Shown piece by piece: positions 48,051-60,000 of a DNA stretch of 64,000 nucleotides (its first letter is position 1; every line of letters starts with the position of its first letter). The stretch is taken from NCBI GenBank assembly GCA_002633005.1, contig NMRA01000975.1, positions 1 to 64,000 of the forward strand, in the 5' to 3' direction. The notes beneath the pieces are model-generated. The model did not search any database, was not told the origin of the DNA, and saw only the letters and a list, made by a program, of their open reading frames with translations. The translations under genes were made by a program, and so were the position numbers. The stretch is from Phoronis australis (taxonomy: Eukaryota; Animalia; Phoronida).

Positions 48051-51000
48051 GTATAGTATATAGTGACTATGTCGCTTATTCTGTTTTAGGCCTAGGCCTA
48101 GGTTTCATCTCGCAGGAGTCTTAAGCTGCTGAGTTTGAGCTAAAATAACGCCGATATGTTACTCAACTCGTAAAATTTAGGCCACTGGTATGGCAGTTCT
48201 AGCTAAATTAAGGTACGTTTGCTCGTTGTGCTTGATACTAAAACAATAGTCACAGCTTAGTGATCATAATTGTTCAATAACGTTGTGGTAATTTTGGTGG
48301 ACTGAAACTGTCATAGGCAATTGTTTCAACATTCAGTAGGCCTTAGTATTTCAGAACACTTCCTTCTCGTTATTTAGTATACATGCAACTTTTTTTCTAA
48401 TTGACTTCAATTAAAGTAATTTTGATATTGATGACTAAGTTCTCATGGCTGTTCAGTTATCATGTTCGTTTCATGTATACATTTAAAGATTTTATAGGCC
48501 TATTTGATAGGGCCCAATGCCTTATAATATCTCCACACTTAATTTCACTGTTAATCTGCTTCTTGTTGCACCCTCTTCCAGTAATAACAAGTAACTGGTG
48601 ATTTCACTTCCTCAGTCGCAGCCCCTGTACAGGCAGTACAGCTTTATTGAAACTTCAATGTGGTGTCCGGTTGCTCTGTTTAACCAATAAGCTCCTGGTA
48701 TAGCTCACTCAGGTGTTACGGTATAGATTTGGATTTAGGAAAACTGTTCAAATTCGGCAAACCTCATTTGGTCCATCGTATCTCAAAAAGGGCTGATTGA
48801 ATTAAAATGAAATTTTCAATTTTAAGACTATTTTTAAAGTGTTCTACTTATCCATAAAATGTTATCTAGAATAGGACTTCATGACCAAATAGCCTCCTTG
48901 GTCTTCTTGGTAGACAGTGATCTTCATTGTCCTTTTGTGGTCAACTCAATACAACCAAGATGTCTGGACTCTCTTTGTATTCAGTTTAGAGTCTGCTTGA
49001 TTCAATTTCATGAAAAGATTTTGGGAGTGAGATTGCAATTGTTGTGTTACCTGCAGGGCAATAACACAGATACAACCACAGCACATCATTGAACTGTTAA
49101 AACCAGATTGCCTGGTGATGATGTAATGTTGTTATAAGAAATTAAAATATTTAACAAATAAAACTATTAGTTACTCAAATTTTTGCAAGTAATCTGGAAA
49201 AGAATATCTACTCAAAAATTAAATTGGCGTGCCCCCTTCTTCTCTGGTGAACGAAATTTGTTATAACTATGTAGTCATCTCTGAGTAATGTGTAGTTTAG
49301 CAATCTGTGGTAAAATGTTAGACATGTGAGAGGTGTGAAGAAATCAAGAGGATCTTTAGACATGTTAGAAAACAAGGTCTCTTTTATGATTTTTTATTTG
49401 TGCAACATTTATTTCTGTTCTGTTTTTCCCTATAATTGTCTTAGAAGCCTTCGTGCCACGTCTAGTATTAAATGCCACGCTTCTGTTCCATGTTGTCTCT
49501 TTAGTTACATTACTTTTGTAGTCAATGTCTGTCATTCTTCTATGAATATTATGAATACTTTTCACATATCCCCTGTTGACAAGCACCTTTAAAGTTTCAT
49601 TCCGTATTGTTGATGAATTAAGATGAGATGAAGGACAATGCTACGGTAAAGTTTAGTTGCCAGGGATTGCTGTGTGCAATATTACAGCCTTGTTGACTCT
49701 TTTGTTATAAATAAGTTATCAGTTTCTAAGGTACACATGTAAATGTTACTGTGAATAATTGAATAGGTATTCCCCTAAGTTGCAAAAAAGGTTAATTGAG
49801 TTGCGGAAGTTAGCTGATCACCTGACTATTAACATTATTGATACATGAATATTGACTAATCTATTGGTTGTCAAACATTTCAACAGGGATAAATAAATAG
49901 ATGTTACAGGATAAACTAACACTGAGCCAGTCTGTATCTATAGATTAAACATTCTGTTTGCATATGTTATTGGTAAGGAAGGGGAGGCACTTGTTGTTGA
50001 AGTTTGTGTAACATTTATCGTAAAAGGCTGTGTTACTGAAATTCAGAGATTGAAATGTTTTTAAGTTTTGTTGGTACTGCTCAGTGTCTATAGTTGTTTT
50101 TGTGACTGCTGACACTGTCTTGTTTGAGTTGGCCAGACTGTCAAGTTTATGGGATAGCGAATCATCTTAAAAGGATCAGATGAAAATTGTTAGTTGCACT
50201 CAGAAATAAGTCGGATTTTTCACAAGAGTCTTGTGCTATCACTTCTGATTATCAAAATATAAATTAATCGACTATGTCTCTTTTAAAGTTATGTGGGCCT
50301 CTACCATAAAAGGGGGCGAATTTAACTTTGACATCATATCACAGCAATGAGACTTCCCAATACTGCATTTTATGTATAGTTCTACAAAGTACTTTTAGGA
50401 AATGTTTTTCTTTTGCAATGAGAGGCTATCAAAATTAAACAGTTCAAATGACATTAGGTTTGTTTTTGATACCAGTGTTTGCTGTTACTGTAACTTACTT
50501 TTTTGCTAAATTTATCTTAAAGTCATGGTCCTGTCACACAAATGGCAAATTGGTGTAAAGTCAAAAAACAAGATCTGCAGGCTTTCTCACTTCCTGAAAA
50601 TTTACACTTTTACTGCATTAAATTCTATATATTTTATTAGATGCACCAACTCATTGATAAGCTCCCTGGTAACCTTGCAGTTAAGGAATTTTAGCTGTCA
50701 TCTTCTTCAATGTGTTTTTCTTTTTGTTTCTAGCTGAAACATCACAAAAAGAGCAGGAGACACAGGGTGAAGAAAAGAAGGACGAAGAAAAACCAGCTGG
50801 TATGTGTTCCGTTAAACATTGGTTTTTAAATTTGTATTCTTAGTATTTCATGATTGGTATTTAATTAAAATTCTTAAATTGGCTGCGTACCAGGTTTCTG
50901 AAATTTATGTCACACTTATTCGATTATCATGTGTTTTAACATTGCGTTATCGTTTAGTGTGGATCTGATCCATGACTTGTTGATTGTGTCTAATTGATGT

Positions 51001-54000
51001 GATGACAAATATATGCCTGTTGTATTTGTGTACAATCTAACACTACTTTTTGTTCTGGTCACCTAATTGTGTATGTGTACCTTGTTTCTGTTCATTATAC
51101 ACACCACACAGTCTTCATCTGCACCTGAACTGGTCTGCCAAGAGAGGGCACTTCATTATCTAGCTGTTAGTACCACTATTACATAGCAGTTGCCTGTAGT
51201 TCTCTTTTGTACTACCAAACACTTTATTTTTCCACAATGGCAAAAACATTAATAACAGGTAATTGATATCAATTCCAAGCAAGAGAGCTATGCTTGTATC
51301 TTATGCCAGATTAGTTGAGCAGACATGTTACCCCCTGCGTACCGCTGTGACTTGCTCATATGCCACCGTAGTACAGAGTGTGGTGGCAGTGCGCTTAGTG
51401 TTAGATATGCATGTAGCGCCCTCTCTCTGGCACCAGTTTATGCAACTTATCAGTGTATGTTATGTCGATTTCACTACTATAGTTCAAATTAACATCCTCA
51501 CAATCATGTTAAAGTGTTAAATTTCAGCTGCAGAGAAATCATGAATTGTTGAGTGTTGATTTATTGCCAGCTCATGTTTCTGGCTTGCAGAGTACCAGTT
51601 GGCTATGTTATACCTCAGTTTGTCAAAAACGACTTCAAATTGCACTTGCATGATCAACCACTTTATGTTTTCCGATAAACTAGTTGACAATTTTGGCTTT
51701 TTGCATATTTAGGCCCTGATATATTAACTTTCTGCAATTTTTCATTACATGCTGACAATAAGATCTTGTGAGATCAAATTCACATTGTAAATATTAGGTC
51801 CAATATCATTTGTTATTATTGACCAATCACAACTTCAGACATTCCATGACATACAAAAAGTAAGTAAGCTCATGACCTCTGCAATGAGCAAAATGGGCTA
51901 TTTCCTCCAGCATGAAATTCCATTGATTGTTGTTGTTTTAATGGGCATTTTGTGGGCTTTTGGTTTTTGTTGGGGCGTCATGCTGTCAGAAAATGGTCAG
52001 GAAACATGTTTACTGCAATACTCGAACTTTATTGTCATATTCTCAGCATTTTACAATTATGTTTCAAGAAAACTGAGGGAATTCTAACCTGGGCAGAATT
52101 TTATCTAGAAGTGGTTCAGCTTGCCAAGGTCAAATATCAAGTGCTCCCTTGAACTGAGATAACTATAATATTGGATGTTAGTGAAACTAAGATTTTTGGG
52201 GACTTCACCTTGAATTGGCAACCCCAGACTCCACTCACCAGTTGTTACTCCTGTGTTTTATTGTTGGACACTATCAACTATTTAATCTAGTGAAAGTTAT
52301 TGGACAATACTTATTTAAAATTGTTACAATGGAGACCCTTATGACCACACCGCCAATGGGAAGAGTTTTGCTGTTTTCACTCGTTTGAAGTGGGACACGT
52401 CATGACTGGGTTGTACTATAGTGATCTCAGTAAGCAAAATTTAGTTTTTGGTTGTCATGGGAAGTGTTATTTTGTCCAGTTATGTAGCAAAATCACAATA
52501 ATAAAAATTTTTCATTTCATGAGACCTCAATTTCGGTCCAACCTATTGTGCGTTTCCCTTCAGAAAACATCCGAGATTCTATCTCGTGCACCTTAACACT
52601 GTAAATTCAAGGACATGTAGTTATAGAATTTGATGTTTGTGATCCTTAACTTGTTAAAAATTTTCACAGTTATTGCTGTTTTTATGAGAGTACAATACAT
52701 ACGCTTCAGGGAGTGATATTCTTGGCTTAATTCTGTGTCAGACATTTTTAACGTTATTATGTGGTGATGTGAAAAGACAAAATTCAACATTACATTTCTC
52801 GATTGTTAGGTTTTTAAAAATGTGACTAACCAACTAGCAGCTTAAATATATTATCATGACTCTTTGACGCAATCATGATAACACTTGGCTGATAACACTA
52901 GCAAGCTGAGGAGACAAATCAAAAGACAGAATTAGAGAACATGTCTTCTCAGGACTATTGTGTTTTTATTCGATATTTTGTGCTTATTCAGGGGAAGTTC
53001 AGTAGGTGTGCGGGTTAAGTGGAGATTTTGTACTCTCATGAAAATGTCAGTTATTGTGATATAAATGTAATAACATTATCATTGTATAAAGAGATCTAGT
53101 AAGCATTAATTTAATCATTTTCATAAAATGTTGTAATAACTTCAATTTTACAGTTCAGTCAAAACCACTTCGTAGTAATTCGACGACCCTCATTTCTCCA
53201 CGTGAAGATTGATAAAATATTTTTGCTCATAAAAACACTTAAGAGCATAGTATGAATTATGAAATGTTTTTGTTTAGTTTTCAAGATATAGCAGTTTGAC
53301 AATGGAAAATGATCAGAACTAGGTTTAACCCAAAAACCATAATTAATTTATAGTTGCTATGGAAATGTTCTCCAATTGACTCTTGATTAGTTGGACGTCT
53401 GTAACAATGTCTTGCAATTAGTCTTCTAAGTAGAATTGCATCTCTTCTGCGTATCATGGTTAATATTTAAGGACATTTTTGTCTGCCTGCTGGCACCAGG
53501 TGAAATTTTATAGTGGTAACAATGTACCTAGTGCATGTTTATGCAACCATGACAACATATTCAACACACTGCGTCTAACTTCTTTTGGGTGTGATGAAAG
53601 TAATTCCAGAAAATGGTTAAAGTTGCAGTAACCTGTCTACTGTGTTCGTCTACATTCTATGTACCCTGTCTTCTAATGGTACTTTGATCTGTTCATCACT
53701 ATCCTACTCGGCTGTTGTACCGGCAGTTATTCATTTCCTCTCCCACCCCTCCCCCTGTTGTGTAAATGGATATGCACTGTTTGATATACATCTTCTATGC
53801 ATATTCTGAAGTTGGTTGTAGCTTTGATCTTCCTTTCCATTTGAATCAAGTTAAATTGTATGGACTTCATTTCGGCCTGATCTCTAACACTGTGGTTTGG
53901 TAACGGTTTTTCTTTAAGTGGACCTGTCAACTTCCTTTTCCTTAGACTTCTGAAGAATTAGTTCACAATAACTTTATTAAGAAGTCAATGTCTCAAACCA

Positions 54001-57000
54001 ATACTTCTGGTTTGAGTTTGTTTCAGTCAACTGTTCCAGAACCATGCGACTGTTTCCACAAAACCGTACACATTTGTCAGTGAAATTGCATTCCCTGATC
54101 ATTCTTGCACCATACCTCTTCTATAACATTCTGTATATTATGACATGTCTTCTGTCTTTCCACTCTAGATGTAATATCCTTTATGTCTTGTCTTCTCCAT
54201 GTTGGTGATCATTTGCTGTTGGATCCTCCCATCCCTTTGACTCGTCTTCCATAACCATGCAGTTGTTCCTCTAATCCTGTGATCGTCTCTTCCCTCGGTG
54301 GCTGGATTGTTTTTTATGTCTGTATGCTCTGCACTTGGAAATGACCGTGTTCATAACTGGTCGTACCATACTTTCCAACCAATCAGAAGAAGCAAAACAG
54401 GAAGAGGAACCAGCGGTGTGTGAGGATGTCCCTGTGGATGAACACTCTGATGAAAAGCCAGCAGACCATGAACAAACAAGTGAAGAAAGTGAACCAAAGT
54501 CAGACCATTGTGCAGATGACAAAACTGAAGAACCAACTGAAACTAATGCCAATGAAGGTAAGGTCGGCGGTACCCTCTCCCTGTCGCTGATGTTGTGCCC
54601 TCCACTGGCATGGCTTGCATTTCCCTCGTTCTACAGTGTCTACTGAACAATCTGATCTTGGATCTTGTCTTCAGCAGTGCCACTCTGTCTCCTGGTATTG
54701 CTGCATGTTAAGATTGGAAGCTGTTGCTGTTCCCTTATGTTTCTTTCGCCCTAATGATGTTTCGTGCTCCTCCACACTCTGACTGAGCTGCTCTCGACAG
54801 AGGGCACTGCTGTTGATGCATACCTCCTGGACTCCTCTTTATTTATCTTCCCATATTCCCTCCTTTTACGCGTTGAAAGGATCAGATATGGTATTTGGTA
54901 AGTTACCATCCTGATGTTGCATGATACAGTTGTTCTTATGTACAAGACAGTGCTTCAAACTGTTTCCTTTTATCACTATTCTATATCTCTTATTGCATCA
55001 AAATGTCCTTTCTTTAGAAATGTGATCCAAGGTGTAGTCCACTATCTGAACAAGATGCATGGTCCTGATTGCTTTTTTTTTTCTTCATGCTCTTTCATTT
55101 TGTACCTGTATTAATTGTGGTCCGAGACGTACAGTCCACAAAAAGATAGTGCATGGAATTTTTTCATGTACATCTGTATCTTGTGGTCGTCACATAATAA
55201 TTCATGTGGTCTGAGATGTTGTCCTTAAAAAATTGCCCCAAGAATGTTGTATAGAACTGCAGGGCAAAATTTGGGCAGAGGACCAAAATGAATTGTGAAA
55301 TTGGCGAGGGCGATGATGAGTAGGCAACGGGGGAGAGAATTTGATGTTTTTGTGCTTCCAAGTTATTCATACCTTTCTGGCAGAACCAGTGAACCTCACT
55401 GACAAAATAGGTTTATTTCATGTAACAAGCCTCTGGCCCACATTACAATATATAACACAAAGAGAGTACAATAATTTTTCAAGTCTCAATTAATTGGTAT
55501 CAAGGAACTCATTTCGGCATTTCTCCGCATTAATTAAATATCTAGCACCTTTTCTCAGAACATGTAAGTCATGAGTCCGTAGAAAATTTCTGAATACTAT
55601 ATGTCTTCCACCTTATCGTACCTTGGTAAAAACCGCACTCGTACATCCGGGAATTCCGTTTCCACTTTCCCACTGTCACAGCAGGGACATAATCTGTCTT
55701 CTCTGTCAAATCCACTGAACCTTCCCTGGATAATCATTAATTAATGTGCGGAGCATCTAAACCTTGCAAGGGCTATTCTATGAAGTCTATTTTCTAAACA
55801 TGTTACGTCTTTTTCTACTACAAAGTTACATTTAATGAAAAGTGAATAATTCAGAGATCTCCTCTCCTGTCCTGTGTCATCTTAATGCACTGTGTAATTT
55901 AGGCAGATGTACTGTTCTGACATATGGCAGTGGCACAAAAATCTTGCATTTTCTTGTGTGCTCACTGAACGCACACAAAGGGACTTGAAGTCTGCACAGA
56001 ACTTACTGCACTGTATTGTTATGGATGCTTTATTCCATTTTCTCACCTATGAGGATGTGGGTGACCGGGCATTCAACCCATTCATTTGTGCTGTGTGTGC
56101 TGGATCTCAATCTAAGTATAGATTTCCAATAATAATTACGTAGTAAATTTTGTTACTTCTTTTTTATGCAATGATTTGGCTAATCCCATTTTATTTCATT
56201 ATGTTGTTTTGCAATGGTGATGAAATTGACTTCATTACCTTTGGCCATTATGGATATACATTATAGATAACAGTTAAGACTTGTTCTTGTCATATTGAGT
56301 TACAGTGGGTGTTGGCTATCTGCAAGAGTCAGGTTATCAGTAGTTACTTGGTAACCTGCTTTGTTGATGGTAAACAGTCTGGAATTATTTACCGTGGCTA
56401 AACCTTTGGTGTCAAGAGAGCTCACTACCATTTACACTGATACAAAACTGAGATTTAGTAATAGATAACACTGAAATTCCTTTCTGAAACATCATTTAAG
56501 GGGTTTGTGTTTTGGGGTTGAACCCTTTGTTTTAATTCTTCAATGTAACCAGTCAACATTCCTTGTTACACTATGTGAAACCATGGACCAAATGGAGTTC
56601 TGTGATTGTCTCAAAGAAAGATGAACCTCCAATAAGATTCCACGTTTGGAAGTTTGTGTTTTCAGTGTGACCTAAGAAGGTCTGCATGGGTAATGAACAA
56701 ATCAGAAATGTGCCAGGCTGATTGTTCTTTTAGTGGTAGTTCAATCATGTAAAGTGTAACATAAAGACTTCTGGTCATTTCATGTAGCATGGGCTAACAT
56801 CAAGTCAATGCCTGGCAAGTGAAGCACCATATCAGGGATCAGTCGGAGATCAGTCGTCATATGTTACTGTAGTCTACATGAACTTTCTCTCTCATGTTGA
56901 TGGTTCCTTATTGTTAGGACTGATTGAATGTCACAAAGATTGTATTTTCTGAAAGGTGATTAAATTTCTTAGCAAAATTATTCTCATTGAATTGTAGGCT

Positions 57001-60000
57001 TTATTTTTTCAGTAGGTATGCGTTTTTTAGTAAAACTTTTTCTGCATTTGAACAGAGATTTTAAAAATATTGTTCCTCCAATCATACTGGTCTTTTGTCA
57101 ACATGTTGATAACGGCATTTTCAAGGCAACTGCCTATCAGATTTTTGAAATACGTCTTAGTTTGTGTCAGGTGCTATATTTGAGGAGCCTTCATTCAATA
57201 ACACAACTGGTGTCAATATAAGGTCTGTTGTTATCATTACACCCCTTATGTACTGTACATGAATGATAGGATGAAGTTCCTTAGGTTTAGAACTCAACAG
57301 GCGCAAAGGTGGATTTTTATTTGACAAAATTTCTCAAAAATTTAAATGAGAAAAGGGGTTTGTTGTGAAGATTTTTGTTTTGTAACAATCATGACTGAAA
57401 TACTTCATTGGTAATTTGAGCTTGAGTAGCATTGCATTAACTTTAAATTAATTTTAAAAAAGGAAGAAATTGCTTCACTGAGAAGTGCTGTGGATTACAT
57501 TACACAGCATTTTCATTTGCTTTACTTTCATTTTAATTAAGTTTGATTGAGGCATTATTCATTTCAGTGTTAGAAATACCCAAATTAACCAGGGGAATCT
57601 TTTTCAATTTTTTACTAAAACTCGTCAGTCATAAGTGAAAGCTTACAATATTTGAACTTGTTTTTGAAATTCAGCTTTGAGGTAATTCTTAGAGATTTTT
57701 AATTTTCATTTACTTTTATTAATGTGTGCATAATAAGTAATAAACATGACATTTTTAGTGACGGTCCAAATTAATTAAGTCATGATATAACATTTACCAT
57801 AAATGATTGATATAAACTATGCTTAAAACAAGTAGACAATTATTATACTTGGCAAATTTTTCAAACTAGAATTCTGTGCATTCATCATTTTGCAATTAGC
57901 ACTTCTTGGTCCAGGTACATAATATCCATTATATTTCTGATGTCAGGTGTGGTATGGTTCACTTGACAACCAGGTGAATAATTGATTAACAAATACCTGC
58001 ACACTGAAAGTAGTGCTATTGTTATTGGAGAGTGGAAGTTCTTTATTAACTCCTTGGGAATTGTTGCCATCATAAAAGTGAAGTTTTATTGATGAAAACG
58101 TTTTCTGTTATTATAGCAGTTTAAACGAGTTATCAGGAAAATCACCTAAGTTTTCAGTACCGGTATTTAACATTAAGGAATTTATAATTTCAGTTTTTGA
58201 AGGATTAGCCAAATTGAAGTTTTCTTTCGTACTGAATGTAGAGTAAGTGGGTCAAGTTGTGTGTATTCTTAGAAAAAAGTTACTGACAAATTCTAAGTTG
58301 CCCAGGTTTGAAGTATCAGTGCTAGTGTGACGACTTCCTATGTAGTAATGTGAAATCTTGTTAAACCCCTTAGCCAATATAGTAAAACTGAGCACTAATC
58401 TACATGTATCTGTCATGCGTTATGTTATAGATATTGTTTCAAGAAAGGTTGCCAAAAGTTAGCCTTATAATGAGATTAGACCCAAGTTGGGCACTGCTTA
58501 ATTTGTCGATATTACCATGAAATAAAAATCCCCTGGAGTTATTGAAAAAAGTTGTTAAGTCACACAAAAATTTCAGGAAAAAAGTTAAACAGGTGCATTA
58601 CAGTCTTTGTCCTCTAACTTTATTCTGTGTTGATGTAATGGATATTTTATTCTGCGCAGATGTATTGGAAATTTGTTGTTGTAGGCTGTGAATAGTGCTG
58701 CTTGACATTGACTATGTAGGTTGAATACAGACTGTTATATTATTACTTTTGTATTGACATTTATGGATTTTGCTTTGTTAAAAGATATTTGCGTCATGGC
58801 ACTTGTAAACCCTAGCAATAGTTGTCATAACAAACGGGCAATAGGTTAACCTTGACAGTGATGGTTTATTTATGCGTTGCCGTAGGTGTGACAAATTTAA
58901 TGAAAATACTGATTCAGCTGTGCCTTATCACCAGATTTATCAACTGTTTTTGCTGTTACATCTAACATATTCTGAAGTTCATCAGACATTGTTTCCAGTA
59001 CTATTGGGTTTAAGCAAAACCTGGGCTTGTTATTGTTTCCATTTATCATTAATATAATATCAACAGGATCCGTATAGGTACGGTAGAATCTAAGCAATAC
59101 AATACAGTATGGTAGTCAAGGAAATAGTAGTTGTTTGTTTAATCATGAAGGATATGTAGCCCCAAGTAAATGCTAATGTGGTGTCCAGCGTTTTGTTTTA
59201 CCATGTTTAAGAGTTTGATAAATTGTGAGCATTCACAACTGTGTTAGAAGTCTTTGAAAAAGGAATGGCGTTTATTTAGGAAATTGGTGAGATATTGCTG
59301 TAGCCATGGTGACGCATGGTTTTCATGGAAATACTAAACCTTGAGGAATAATTTAGTTTTCTAATGTTGTGCTTGCATAAAGTTTTAAAGCGCAAGCGGG
59401 TTTATAGGGCTTTTTGCTCTACGGACACAAACAAAAAATGCTGCCAGCACGTTGTTTTAAGGTTTATGCATGTTTTTAGCTTGAGCTGTCTATGAGTAAA
59501 TGCCATGCAGCATAGACCAAAATTCCCAACTTGAATATTGCCCATCTTACCAGAGATTATCAATTATACCTTATTTACCTGTATTCATTATATTGTAACT
59601 ACTAGTCATAATAAATGACATATTGCCTATCTCCGTCTCCTTTTCATCTTTAGTAACGAGCTTGCAACGCGCATATCATTTATCTATTATTCAGGACGTA
59701 TGTCGATCATAAATATATTTGTAGCCATTTCTAACAGTCTTGTTTTACGCCCGTTAATTACAAGCATTTTGTGTTGTGTGCGTTACTAATTGAATAATTA
59801 CTGCAAAAACAATCTTGTTGTCAATGAGAATACAGGTTTATCCAGTGCTTTTAGTTTTTGCACAAATAATTCTTCTATTGTTTTACAGCATGTTTGGAGT
59901 TTGTAGCAGGCTACTGACCCAAAGCTGCTTACTCTTCAATTTTTGTTTTGGCTTATTGTTATAAAATGGTTTGATTTCTAGAAGAACCAGAAAAATGTGC

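Noticed and set aside
52902-52960. Purine-rich AEETNQKTELENMSSQD stretch as an extra exon of the plus-strand gene
   Set aside because: No polypyrimidine tract and no credible donor in phase; it could only be rescued by RNA-seq.
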